A DNA stretch of 64,000 bases, taken from positions 172,796,001 through 172,860,000 of the forward strand of contig CM059425.1 of the NCBI GenBank assembly GCA_030390025.1. Direction: 5' to 3'. The notes below the pieces were generated by a model. That model saw only the letters and a list, made by a program, of their open reading frames with translations, searched no databases and was not told where the DNA came from. Position numbers and translations under genes: made by a program. Below are positions 1-12,526 of the stretch, piece by piece. Position 1 is the stretch's first letter. The number at the start of each line of letters is the position of its first letter. This DNA is from Squalus acanthias (Eukaryota).

Positions 1-1784
1 CTTTATGAATGGTTTTCTCTTAAGCGTTCAGAGGGTGTTCCAATTTCCGGACCCATACTAATCGAGAAAGCGAAGGATTTCTAGGGAAGGATGGAGCTTA
101 CTGACAAGTGTGCTTTCTCCGAGGGATGGCTAACGTGCTTCAAGTTACGGCACGGGATACGACGACTCGATATTTCCGGGGAGAAGAAATCAGCTGATCA
201 CGACACCGCAGAAGAATACTGCGATTATTTCAATCGGATTGTGCAACAACATGATTTGTCGCCAGCACAGATATATAATGAAACTGGCTTGTTTTGGAGG
301 TTTTTGCCAGAATCAACGCTTGCTGGGGCTAGTGAGGCTAATGCTTCAGGTTACAAGAAAAATAAAGATCGTGTAACCATGCTAACATGTGCGAACGCTG
401 CTGGATCACACCGGGTTAAACTTCTTGTTATTGGGAAGTATAAAAATCCCCGTGCATTTAAAAATGTGAGGCACTTACCTGTTGAGTACAAAGCTCAAAA
501 AAATGCTTGGATGGATAAGGAAATCTTCTCCGATTGGTTCCATCATAGATGGAACATTTCCGTAAAATAGGGAAACCTGAAGATAGCAAATGCATTTTAT
601 TGCTTGATAATTGTAGAGCCCATCCGCATGAATCCGAGTTGGTTTCGGGAAATATTTTCACCATTTATTTGCCACCAAATGTAACTTCTCTCATCCAACC
701 CATGGACCAGGGCGTTATCCAAAATCTGAAGTGTCATTACAAGAAAGACTTCCTACGTAAACTGATAAGCCAAGATGACAATATTCACGCATTTCAGAAG
801 GAATACAATATTAAAGATGCCATCTATAATGTTGCATGTTCCTGGAACTTTGTGAAAGGTCACACTCTGAGGCAAGCCTGGCGCAAATTGTGGCCTTCTG
901 TAATGTTTGCTGAAGGTTCTTCTTCAGAGGAGGAATTTCATGGGTTCAATGTTCGTCCCAAGAAGAGTACAATAATGGAAATGGCTGGCATGGTGAAAAA
1001 TGCAGGCCCAGCAAACCCTCTACGTCACCTCAGTGAAAGTGATATCGAGCAGTGGGTTGATGCAGATAGAGAAGTTGGTGTTGTGCATATGCTAAGTGAT
1101 GATGAAATAATTGAGAATGTTTTGAATCCAAAGAAAGAAAAGGAAAGTGAGATGGAAAGTGAAGAGGATGATATTTCTGAAGAGAACAAGATTTCTTGGG
1201 CTAAAGCTGCAGAAGGATTTTCTTCAATCCTCAAATTTGCTGAAAGGCAGACTTGCTACTCTGCCCAAGAAGTTATGCAACTCCATATTCTGCATTCCAC
1301 GTTTCTACAGAAAAGGCAAGAGTCCACTAAGCAAACCGACATCCGCAACATGTTTAAGAAAGCTTCCAAAAGAGTCGAAGCAGCGGAAGTGCCTGAAGAA
1401 TCTGTGGAATCTGTGGAAATGCATGATCCTGATGACCCAGCTGGCACGGATATTCCTGATGAACCAGCTGACTCGGAATAAGTGTACAGTCAACTACAGT
1501 ACTGTATACAGTCATTTATAAGTTTTGTTTTACTGTTAAGTAATTAAAGAGTTATGGATTACCCTCAACTGGCAGTACTGTACTTAATCAAGCATCTTCC
1601 ACCATCCATTTAACACAACATTCTATAAGTGAGTACCCAAATACTGCATACTGCACATTTCTTGATTTTTTTATTTTTGTTTGTTAAAAATAACCTCGGT
1701 AGATATAACTCTCCGTTATCCGGAATTTTTGTTCAACCGGCACCACCCCGGTCCCGTCAGTGCCGGATACCAAAGAGTTTCCTG
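1..1784 (+). mobile_element. Tigger/pogo (Tc1-mariner superfamily) DNA transposon, 5' end outside window; transposase pseudogene
   Basis: ORFs 91-570 and 549-1481 encode a CENP-B HTH (FSEGWL..FK.RHGI) and DDE_1 motifs ([32 protein letters not shown]), with an in-frame TAG at 82-84 and a frameshift near 550. Terminus ...GAGTTTCCTG ends at 1784 followed by TA; inserted into a CR1. Confidence 0.9.
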
Positions 1785-3996
1785 TATTTTGTTTCAGTCT
1801 TTACGGGAGAGGACACTAAGAATATCCCAACACTGGACAAACAGTGGGCTCTAGGGGGGGAGGAGCTAAATACGATTAAAATCACTAAGGAATTGGTACT
1901 CGGTAAAATAATGGGACTCAAGGCAGATAAATCCCCTGGACCTGATGGCTTACATCCTAGGGTCTTGAGGGAAGTGGCAATAGGGATTGTGGATGCTTTG
2001 GTAATAATTTTCCAAAATTCCCTGGACTCGGCAAAGGTCCCGGCAGATTGGAAAACTGCTAATGTAACACCCTTATTTAAAAAGGGTAGTAGGCAGAAGG
2101 CTGGAAATTATAGACCAGTTAGCCTAACATCTGTGGTGGGTAAAATTTTGGAGTCTATTATTAAGGAGACAGTAACGGAACATTTAGATAAACATAATTT
2201 AATAGGACAAAGTCAGCATGGCTTTATGAAGGGGAAGTCATGTCTGACAAATTTGCTTGAGTTCTTTGAGGGCATAACGTACAGGGTGGATAAAGGGGAA
2301 CCAATGGACGTAGTGTATTTAGACTTCCAGAAGGCATTCGACAAGGTGCCACATAAAAGATTATTGCTCAAGATAAAAAATCACTGGATTGGGGGTAATA
2401 TTCTGGCATGGGTGGAGGATTGGTTATCTAACAGGAAGCAGAGAGTTGGGATAAATGGTTCATAGAAATAGAAACATAGAAACATAGAAAATAGGTACAG
2501 GAGTAGACCATTCGGTCCTTCGAGCCTGCACCGCCATTCAATGCGTTCATGGCTGAACATGCTACCTCAGTACCCCATTCCTGCTTTCTCGCCATACCCC
2601 TTGATCCCCTTAGTTGTGAGTGTTATATCTAACTCCCTTTTGAATATATTTAGCGAACTGGCCTCAACAACCTTCTGTGGAAGAGAATTCCATAGATTCA
2701 CCACTCTCTGGGTGAAGAAGTTCCTCCTCAGCTCAGTCCTAAATGGCTTCCCCTTAATCCTTAGACTGTGACCCCTGGTTCTAGTTTTCCCTACCATTGG
2801 GAACATTCTGCCCGCATCTAATTTGTCTAAACCAGTCAGGATTTTAAATGTTCATTCTCGGACTGGCAACCAGTAGCCAGTGGTGTTCCGCAGGGGTCGG
2901 TGCTGGGTCCCCAACTCTTTACAATCTATATTAACGATTTGGAGGAGGGGACCGAGTGTAACATATCAAAGTTTGCAGATGATACAAAGATGGGAGGGAA
3001 AGTAGAAAGTGAGGAGGACATAAAAAACCTACAAGGGGATATAGACAGGCTGGGTGAGTGGGTGGAGATTTGGCAGATGCAATACAATATTGGAAAATGT
3101 GAGGTTATGCACTTTGGCAGGAAAAATCAGAGAGCAAGTTATTATCTTAATGGCGAGAAACTGGAAAGTACTGCAGTACAAAGGGATCTGGGGTCCTAGT
3201 GCAAGAAAATCAAAAAGTTAGTATGCAGGTGCAGCAGGTGATCAAGAAGGCCAATGGAATGTTGGCTTTTATTGCTAGGGGGATAGATTATAAAAACAGG
3301 GAGGTATTACTGCAGTTATATAAGGTATTGGTGAGACCGCACCTGGAATACTGCATACAGTTTTGGTGTCCATACTTAAGAAAAGACATACTTGCTCTCG
3401 AGGCAGTACAAAGAAGGTTCACTCGGTTAATCCCGGGGATGAGGGGGTGGACATATGAGGAGAGGTTGAGTAGATTGGGACTCTACTCATTGGAGTTCAG
3501 AAGAATGAGAGGCGATCTTATTGAAACATATAAGATTGTGAAGGGACTTGATCGGGTGGATGCGGTAAGGATGTTCCCAAGGATGGGTGAAACTAGAACT
3601 AGGGGGCATAATCTTAGAATAAGGGGCTGCTCTTTCAAAACTGAGATGAGGAGAAACTTCTTCACTCAGAGGGTAGTAGGTCTGTGGAATTTGCTGCCCC
3701 AGGAAGCTGTGGAAGCTACATCATTAAATAAATTTAAAACAGAAATAGACAGTTTCCTAGAAGTAAAGGGAATTAGGGGTTACGGGGAGCGGGCAGGAAA
3801 TTGGACATGAGGCTGAGTTCGGATCGGTCAAGGCCCTGTGGGTGGCGGAGCGGGCCCAGGGACTGAGTGGCCGTGTCCTGCTCCTACTTCTTGTGTTCTT
3901 TAGATTTGAGGTTAGGATCAGATCAGCCATGATCTTATTGAATGGCGGAGCAGGCTCGAGGGGCCGATTGGCCTACTCCTGCTCCTATTTCTTATG
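1785..3996 (+). mobile_element. CR1-clade LINE, ORF2 RT region and 3' UTR, interrupted at 2464-2849
   Basis: [41 protein letters not shown] and FADD motifs; 3' terminal GGCCTACTCCTGCTCCTATTTCTTATG. Confidence 0.93.
2464..2849 (-). mobile_element. 5'-truncated CR1 3' end nested in CR1
   Basis: (catagaaa)n tail at the left; ORF 2567-2806 is the CR1 ORF2 C-terminus; GTTCAT is duplicated at both junctions. Confidence 0.88.
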
Positions 3997-4009
3997 CTGG
4001 GACTTTTCT

Positions 4010-4400
4010 ACTGTATCAGAGAAGGCTAAAAGGATATTTATTGGCCATTTAAAAAAAATTGTTATGGGTTTTAATGGGGTGAATAGAAAAAGACTTCTAT
4101 CTGATTGGGAGTCATGTGATAAGGGATCAATAATTTAAAAATGTCACTAGGATAGAGAGGTTTGGAGGAATTTCTTTGCGCTGAGAGTTGTCGGTGCATG
4201 GAATACTTTGCCACACAAAATAGTTGAGCCACTGGTCATTTCACCCTTTAAAGGAAAAGCGGACAAATATTTGAAGCAGAGGAAGATACAGGGCTGTGGG
4301 GAAAGTGCAGGGCAGTGTAATTTGTTTGGATTGCTCTAGCTAAGAACCAGCACAGTCAAGTTGGGACGAATGGTCTGCTTCTGTGCTTTACTCTGATTCT
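4010..4400 (+). mobile_element. Old, degenerate CR1 3' fragment
   Basis: Degenerate match to the CR1 C-terminal and 3' UTR sequence (aggaatttcttt...agagttgt...tggaat; gacgaatggtctgcttctgtgct). Confidence 0.55.
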
Positions 4401-4720
4401 GTTGTATATTATCTTTAAAACTTATGGCTTTCTTTTTTTTATATACAATTTCTTTGACTGCCATTTGAGTTATGGAATATTTGCCACATGTGGTCTAGAC
4501 TCCCTCTTCCTCCTCCTCTTGGATATTGCAGTATGTGGCTGATGCTGCTACAGTTGCATTTTATTCTTCCAAGCAGAAGCATACTGATGACTCATCCAAC
4601 CTTCACAACCGAGCCTCTTGTCTTTCTTTTGAAAATATATTGTAAATAGTTGTATTGATCATATTAGGTCTTGTTCATTTTTATTGTTACCCAGAGGAGG
4701 TACTTTTTATATGGCACAGG

Positions 4721-5184
4721 AAAGAAAAAGAAAGGCTTGCATTTATATAGCACCTTTCATGACCTCAGGACGTCCCAAAACGCCTTACAGCCAATATAGT
4801 ACTTTGAAGTGTAGTCGCTGTTGTAATGTAGGAAAAGCGGCAGCCAGTTTGCACACAGCAAGCTCCTACAAACAGCAATATGATAACGACCAGAAAATCT
4901 GTATTTTTTTTTAGTGTTGTTGATTGAGGGATAAATATTGGCCAGGACACTGGGGATAATTCCCCTGCTCTTCTTTGAAATAATGCCATGGGATCTTTTA
5001 TGTCTACCTGAGAGAGCAGACACGGCCTCGGTTTAACGTCTCATCCGAAAGACGGCACCTCCAACAGTGCAACACTCCATCAGCACTGCACTGGAGTGTC
5101 AGCCTAGATTTTTATGCTCAAGACTCTGGAGTGGGACTTCTAACTCAGAGGTGAGAGTGCTACCGACTGAGCCACAGCTGACAC
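4721..5184 (-). mobile_element. DeuSINE (SacSINE1/AmnSINE1-like): tRNA-derived head, Deu core, L2-type tail
   Basis: On the minus strand: head GTGTCAGCTGTGGCTCAGTCGGTAGC (A box), Deu core GGAGGTGCCGTCTTTCGGATGAGACGTTAAACCGAGGCC...AAAAGATCCCATGGCA, tail GGTGCTATATAAATGCAAG plus pyrimidine microsatellite. The B-box region appears deleted. Confidence 0.85.
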
Positions 5185-5537
5185 AGCCAAAAGTCAGAAA
5201 GGTCATAGAGATAAAATCATTGACTTCAAAAATGTCTTAAAAGTCTCTTATGACGTTTTCCTTTGATGAGCTAGGTTTATTCTTGAAGCATGTGGAAGGT
5301 GCTTGCATTGTTCAGTTTCCATTGATTAGAAATATAAAGTTTTTTTGGACGGGAAGGGGGGTGGAGATTTCAGATTTTGACGTCTATATTTTGTGTTGTT
5401 TGAAGCAGACTGAATGCGCTTTGGTGCCTGTATTGTGGAACAAGAGATAAGAATGTGTTTCTTGTGTGTTCTAATAATATAACAACACTTGAAGTATGGT
5501 GGCAATATTTGAAGGAATGGAAATATTTCTGTTTCAG

Positions 5538-5703
5538 GTTTCTTGTGGTGTATAACCCGACAGACCAGGACCGCATCTCTGTTGTAACAGTACAAATAAA
5601 TTCATACAAAGTAAGAGTGCTAACTGCTTCAGGGCAACCGGTGGAGGCCCAGATTAGTGCAGTTTGGGACAAACCCACCACAGTTTCCAAAGAAGTATTC
5701 CAG
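5538..5703 (+). CDS. MAN2A1: Alpha-mannosidase II (GH38) internal exon A: (R)FLVVYNPTDQDRISVVTVQINSYKVRVLTASGQPVEAQISAVWDKPTTVSKEVFQ
   Basis: tttcag acceptor at 5536-5537 and CAG|gtgggg donor; 166 nt, phase 2 to phase 0. Resembles the recalled human MAN2A1 segment RYLVVYNPLEQDRISLVSVYVSSPTVQVFSASGKPVEVQVSAVWD. Confidence 0.9.
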
Positions 5704-7080
5704 GTGGGGTATATTTTCTTTTCTTCATTACTCACCAATTTATTTGCTCATTCTGCATTCATTGCTTGCTAAGGTATGGACCCTTGGATGCCAGGCACCC
5801 TCTGGTCTTTCCCCTTCCTAACTCAAGAGCACTGAGGCCAATTGTAGCATCCGTGTTGCTGCCCCAGCTGTGATTAGCAAACTTAGCAAAGACCAGTAAT
5901 TGAACCTGCTATCTCCCTGGTCTCAGCTGCTGAATGGTTAAATTCACTGAGCCATCTAACTTCCTGTTGTCACATTTTTATCACATTTCTATGTCAACTT
6001 TTCCATTATAAATTACTTTGCCCACATTTATCATGGAAACTGCCTGTGCAAACTTGTAATGTTCTAATTAGTCATTCTTGCCAGTGGTGCTCCGCTGGTG
6101 CCTCAGCTTTGCATCTCCCACCTCTTCAGCCTGTACTGCAAAAGCCCATAGAAAGTCTATGGGCAAGTGCAAGCCTAACGAACGGCTAGCGCCGTTTGCT
6201 GCTCAGAGCAAAATCCGGCCCAATATTTCACATAATACTGTATCTTGCAATTTGCATTGTAAAAACAAAATAATAGTGATGTGCTAAAGTCGTCTAAATC
6301 AGAATAATTTCACTTCAGCCTAAGTTCAAGTTCTAAGTTACAATACTATTCGGTTACTAAGTTACTAAACTCTATTCCTGACTTATTCATGTAATGGACT
6401 TTCTTTTAAATGTGACTTTCCTTTCTTCACTGTTTTACATTGGTTTCCAAATTGTTCCAACAGTTGTACTTTTTGTTTAGATGCTTAATTTGATGCATTA
6501 GAAGGGAAGTGAACTCCAATTTAGTACTATTCATGCAAGTTATTCCCCAATTTTATATACTAAAGTAATATACTCATGAGAGTTTTATTTGCTGGTGTGA
6601 AGCCCCTTCTCTCACATTTTTCCTCTCTGCCAAGGGTGTACCTTTGACATCTGCAACGCAACTTTGGAGAGTGGTTCCGTTAGAAGTAAATGGGAGCTAC
6701 AACATCAGACCACCCTCAAAGCTAATCCCAGCAGACCCCAAGAAACTACGCTATCATCTGGGAAATCTGCATCCCTAGGCAATAGTGTGGTTTCCTGGGA
6801 TCCTAGAGCTCTGGATTAACTCTCGGTCTGATTCAAACTCTCAGTTACCATTGTTTTCCGTGGAGTTGTTCTGAAGGCACAGGGATCCTGTTCTCTTAGC
6901 TGGGGAATCGTACATGGCATAGAGTGACCTAACAAGTAGAATATCAACCCTATATAGGGCTGGAGCTACTGTATTTTAAGTACCCTATGAACATTAAAAT
7001 GAATAAGCATATTGGTAGAATGAGTCAAAATTGAAGATTTACTCTTGATATATTTTCTTTTTTCTTTATTCTTCTAACAG

Positions 7081-7311
7081 GTTTCCTTTCTGGCACAGAT
7101 ATCAGCCCTAGGATTGGGGCTGTACCAGTTAGTGGAAGCTCTAGATATCAAAACTGTGCTCGCCAATTACACTGTGTACCTGAATGGAAGAGAGGAAATG
7201 AGCACAGACAGTGCCTTCAAGATCAATGTGTTGAAAAGCTCCACTGGTGACATCACTATTGAAAATCCAAATTTGAAAGCTTGGTTTTCGGGGACTAAAG
7301 GATTCTTGGAG
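7081..7311 (+). CDS. MAN2A1: Alpha-mannosidase II internal exon B: VSFLAQISALGLGLYQLVEAL...ITIENPNLKAWFSGTKGFLE
   Basis: Polypyrimidine tract plus ctaacag acceptor; GAG|gtaaaa donor; 231 nt, in frame with exon A. Similar to the MAN2A1/2 ISFRAHIPPLGL...ITLEN...WFSG segment. Confidence 0.9.
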
Positions 7312-7812
7312 GTAAAAGATTGTAGAAATGTGTTTCTTTGTCTTGTATACAACTGTAAGCATCACTCTAATTCATTAAACCTCCACATACAAATGAATGG
7401 GTCACCTAATAACAGCTGGCTGTTACTTCTTTGCTCTCATATCAGATTCATATTAGCAAACAGAAGCCAAACCAAAGCATGATTGAACACCAAACTTATT
7501 TTTTACTCACACCTTTTTCCTTTGTGGAAGTTATTTTTATTCTTGTGCTAAGTCACTGATGCAGTCTTGGGTATTGGCCCACCGTAGCCATGTTCAATTT
7601 GGCCATGAGCGTATACCAGCTCCTTGTTTTAAAAGTTGCGTTGAATGTCATTGATTGCTCCCAATGACTGATTCTCATGACTGCTGTCTCTGCTACCTTC
7701 CTTTGTTGCAGCTTTTGAAAGTGTGAAGTTTGGTCCAAACTTAACACAAGGGCTCAACACGACCATCTCATTTGCTGGAAGGTTATCCTGACTACCAAGA
7801 TGTAGAAGCTTA

Positions 7813-9378
7813 GGGCTCGATTTTAATAGCCCTGCGGAAGCGGGTTTGGAGGCGGGTTGGCAGCGAAAATCGAAAAAAATGGCTTCAGACTGCCATCCTG
7901 CCTCCATCCCGCCCCCACGCGATTTTCGTGAGTGTCGGGTCATCCGCTCCCAAACTGACCCGACGGGAACCAGTGGGACAGGTAGTTAAGGCAGTTAAGA
8001 GCCTGTTAACTGCCTTGCTAATCCTATTTTTTATTGTGGTTTCCCATTTTTGTGCTTCTGGCTCCTGTTTCCCGTTTTGTCAGAAACATGCCAGCTGGAA
8101 GGAGACGAGTTTCTCGAGGATATGATTTGTAGTCATTGGTGCAGCACTTTAAAAGCACTCCTGTAACATGGCTGACATTCAAATGCAACAATTTTGTTGT
8201 TGGAGGTTTGTGATAAGATTTTGCAAATCTACTGACCTTTTGACTGTTCAAGCTGACACCCATTTGCAGTGTTACCTGATTGGAGTAATTTCAGGCCACT
8301 TTGTGCGCTTACAAGCTTCTTGCCTCAACTGAAATCTATAGCAACGGGATGGGAACCATTTACATCCTCTCATCCTGGTCGTCCGATTCGGAGGAAGAGC
8401 AGCTACGGCAGCACCACAACCAGTCACAACAGTAGCACCAGCACCAGGAGCGCCAACCTCCTGATGCTGCACTGGACACAGGGCATCAGCCCTTGATAAA
8501 ATTGCTGGCCGGGAGGCCAGCGATGGCATCACCATGGCCAGATTTTCTTCACTTGATGCTGTAAACCCTGGCTGCCACATGATGTGCCAGGTTGACACCA
8601 TCCCACAGCAGCACCATGAAACATCCCTTTAATGTCCAAGCCATTCCAAGCACACACATCACTATAGGGGGGGTGGGGGGGAGTTATGAGTGAACAATCA
8701 CTCGAACTCAGTAAGACACTTCTCAATGTGCGCTCAGATCTGTCCGATAAGGGGCACTTTTGGAAAAAGATTTTACACTGTCTGACAACACATTACCAGA
8801 AACTTCACATGGACATTGGCTAAACCTCTCAAGTGCCTACCTTTGTGTGTTGTTAGTTGGTATGCTTGCAGTAGGATGAGGGTGAGTGTGAGGGGTGGCT
8901 AGTGGGATGGGGAAGTGATAAAGTAGATAGAGAGGGTTGGGTGGAGGTGCAAGGTAAGTTGGTGTCCTGGGAAGGTCTCTTCCGCCCTTGGAAGGGAAGA
9001 GAACCTCCCTGCATGCTGTGACTCCCGCCATAAGCATATGGAGGGAGTCATTGGAGAGCCTGGGTTCAAGTGTTCACCTTTGTGCAGTGATTGTCAGTAT
9101 TTGCAGCACCTCAATGCTGTCAAACACTGACAGATCAACTGTCAAAATAAAATTGTGCATGGTCCCTTTAAAGAAACCAGCAGATGACACGTCATCAAAT
9201 CACGTCATCAGACCCGCTTCCTGTTAATTGGTCGGGAAGCCCGCAGGGCGGGCTTAACAAGGCCTATCAAGGGAAAATCACGTCTGCAGAGTGGAGGCAG
9301 CTGGGGGCGGGATCGGAACCAGAACCCAGAAGCCAACTGACCCACCCATATCCCGCCTCCAGAATTAAATTTGCGGCC
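7813..9378. mobile_element. Internally deleted, non-autonomous PIF/Harbinger element
   Basis: Imperfect TIRs GGGCTCGATTTTAAT / ATTAAATTTGCGGCC with TTA on both sides; GGCGGG subterminal repeats; Myb exon-1 remnant on minus (REVLFPSKG); left part homologous to the end of 21325-24572. Confidence 0.8.
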
Positions 9379-10322
9379 TTAGTTTCTCTAGGTGCAAACA
9401 GAAGCACAATTCTACTTCCAGTCAGATAGGGAAGTGATTGTTTGCATGGAATGTTCTGAGATACCAGCCCAAAAAGTGAACCAGTCAGACAGTTGGTAAT
9501 ACCTTTCCAAATTGGCCACAAAGAATAAAAATCAGTTTTGAATGAGGGCAAAGAGGTTACCTGTGCTGCTGCAAAAAGTTAGTCAGGCACTAAAGTGCTT
9601 CGAGAAGGCTGAAAAGGAGACTGTACAGAGATGAGGTTCTACCCTGGATTGTTGGGCAAGATGCAGAGAATTATTCTGGTTGTCAAGTAAGACAACTAAT
9701 CTAAGTGTGGTATGTCCTTTATGTTGAATAATTACGTTGTACCGTTGAACTCGGTCTCTGATCATCACAGTTTGTCTGTATGCTTAACCTTACTTTGAAA
9801 CCAAATCTTGGCCATCTAATGTTAACTTGGTACGCCTTCAGAGACATTGAAAAATACATGTGTGAAAGACATGGCAATCCAGTCCTTGTTACACCCCAGG
9901 TCCCATTATTATAAAACAAGAACTAAATATTAGGCGTGTGAGTCATAGAAATAAGATACTCAGACTGCTTAAGAGAGTGACAGACGCTATTAAACCTGAG
10001 AAGGTATCTATAGCAGATCTAAATTTGTAACACTTTCATTATTCATTTTTTATTAATTCATTCAAAAGCAGGTGTTTTTGCTTTTGAGAACAAAATCTAT
10101 TTTAGAAACATGTCAAAGTTATTATCTGAAATTTTAATGTATCAGAAACGTAGTTGATGGAAACAAATTCAATCAAAGTTAAAACAAAGTTTTATTCAAA
10201 AATGTGCAGTGAAATGAATTGTAAAATCATGTTGAATTTAATTAAATCTCTGTGTAGATCAAGTCACCAATAATTTGTTCTTTGACGATTTTTCTATTGG
10301 ATCTTTTGCATTGCACTGAGAT

Positions 10323-10870
10323 CATAGAAACATAGAAAAATAGGAGCAGGAGTAGGCCATTCGGCCCTTCGAGCCTGCTCCGCCATTCAATATGATCATG
10401 GCTTATCCTCTATCTCAATACCATATTCCCGCGCTCTCCCCATACCCCTTGATGCCTTTTGTGGGGAAACATCCTCCCTGTATACGTTTAAAAATAAAAT
10501 TCTGACAGGGCTAGACAGACTGGATGCAGGGAGGATGTTTCCCCTGGCTGGGGGGTCTAGAACGAGGGATCACAGTCTCAGGATATGGGGTAGGACATTT
10601 AGGACTGAGATGAGGAGAAATTTCTTCACTCAGAGGGTGGTGAACCTGTGGAATTCTCTACCACAGAAGGCTGTGGAGGCCAACTCACTGAATATATTTA
10701 AGAAGGAGATAGATAGATTTCTAGACACAAAAGGCATCAAGGGGTATGGGGAGAGAGTGGGAATATGGTATTCCCACTCTCTCCCCATACCCCTTGATGC
10801 CTTTTGTGTCTAGAAATCTTTCTATCTCCTTCTTAAATATATTCAGTGAGTTGGCCTCCACAGCCTTCTG
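10323..10870. mobile_element. Rearranged CR1 3' fragments (minus, plus, minus) ending in a long palindrome
   Basis: Minus-strand tail at 10323-10462, plus-strand ORF2 C-terminus at about 10495-10765, inverted copy at 10769-10870. Confidence 0.85.
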
Positions 10871-11377
10871 CACTTTCTCTGTATAGTCTTAAATTGAATC
10901 GGGTTACTTTTTTCAGCAATAAAGCTTACTGATTGCCCAAAGGGACAATATAAGGAGCCAATAAAGAACAAACCATGATAGGTAATAAAGCAATTTAAAC
11001 CAATTTCTGCTCTTCTATACACACAGGAAAAGTAAGACCAAATAGCCTTGTAGTATAGTGATGCTGCACTCCAGTAGTCACTGGTTCAATCATGAATACT
11101 CCCTTGTATGTCCGCAGCACATGTATAGTGAGTTTTATTACTTTTGAAGAAGATGAAATTTGACCAGCAGCTAACTCACTTGCTATTGATTATTGGTCGA
11201 GAATGATGGTTTTTTGTGTAAGATTCTATGTGATCGAGTTGCACATTTGTCACTACTGTAGGTGGTTACATGAAGATGAAACCCAAAAAGGATTTAAATG
11301 GGGGGAAATAGTATTAAGTTAAATTTTAGAATTATTTAAGTAGATAATATATCCAAATTCTTTTCTTTTTGTATTAG

Positions 11378-11500
11378 AAAATAAACACCAAGGAGGATGA
11401 GAGAGAGCATCAGATAAATATTCAGTTTTGGTGGTATGGAACCACAAGTAACCGGGATAAGAGTGGTGCCTACCTCTTCTTGCCTAATGGAGAAGCCAAG
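11378..11500 (+). CDS. MAN2A1: Alpha-mannosidase II internal exon C: KINTKEDEREHQINIQFWWYGTTSNRDKSGAYLFLPNGEAK
   Basis: ttttgtattag acceptor; AAG|gtaaaa donor; 123 nt. Contains the GH38 hallmark DKSGAYLFLP. Missed by the ORF track. Confidence 0.93.
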
Positions 11501-11524
11501 GTAAAACAAATGTATTTTATTCAA

Positions 11525-12145
11525 TAAAAGCAAAATACTGTGAATGCTGGAAAACTGAATCAAAAACAGAAGTTGCTGGAAACGCTCAGCAGGTTAGGCA
11601 GTATCGGTGGAGAGAGAAATAGAGTTCACATTTTAGGTTGATGACCTTTCATCAGAACTGGAAGATGTTAGAGACGTACAGCTTTTAAACAAATACAGAG
11701 CCAGGGAAAAGGTGGGCATGAAAAGAACAAAAGGGAAAGGTCTATAATAGGGTGGCGGGCAGGAGTGCTAAATTACAAAAGGAATGATGGTATAAGGCAA
11801 AAGTAGGTGATAATGGGACAAACATGGAAATAAAAGATGGGTCCAGTGGAGGTGGTAATGGTTACAGAATGTCTGAAAAAATTAGAGCGGTGCTGAAGAT
11901 CTAAAGTTATTAATCTCAATATTAAGGCCGAAAGGCTGTAGTGCCTAGTAGAAAGACGAGGTGCTGTTCCTGTTTCTTCTTTGTTCTTTCCCTGCCCATC
12001 TTTTCCCTGCCTCTGTATTTGCTGTTTATCTCTAATATCTTCCAATTCTGACAAATGGTCATCGACCTGAAACGTCAACTCTGTTTCTCTCTTCACAGAT
12101 GCTGCCTGACCTGCTTAGTGTTTCCAGAATTTTGTGTCTTTTATT
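11525..12145. mobile_element. Penelope-like element remnant with inverted pseudo-LTRs and degenerate hammerhead motifs
   Basis: Minus copy at about 11525-11710 and plus copy at about 11990-12145 of the same pLTR seen at 63100-63214 (…ggtcatcgacctgaaacgt.aactctgtttctctc..cacagatgctgcctgacctgct). Confidence 0.75.
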
Positions 12146-12526
12146 CAATGTTATCATTTGATAAGAAATAAGCTTGTGTATGGTTTGTGAAATTTCAGCT
12201 TCTAAAACATTTTTGAAAACATTCCCTATTGTAATTTAATTCAGATTGCTACTTTTGAACAAACCTCTAGTGTTTGGTCAAAATGATTAGTTGTGGAATA
12301 TAATATTTTTCTACTGCTAATAAAAACTTCACATAAAATCCAGACTGTAAAGTGTGAAAGCTTTTTGAACCCTTTTGCACCATTGCAGTTATTGGATTAC
12401 ACTAATCGTTTATCGATTGGAACCTTGAAATTGAACTATAGTCTGATGCAAGTCATGACTGAACCAGTTTAGAGAAGTTACTAATCCAGGTTTAGTTCGA
12501 ATGATGATGGTAGAAGTATTTCAAAG

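Noticed and set aside
1629..2465. 278-aa ORF with a hydrophobic N-terminus fused to RT
   Set aside because: Chance read-through from the Tigger 3' end and TIR into the CR1 it inserted in; starts at GTG and is not a gene.
5140..5184. tRNA gene
   Set aside because: tRNA-derived SINE head with the B-box region missing; no cloverleaf.
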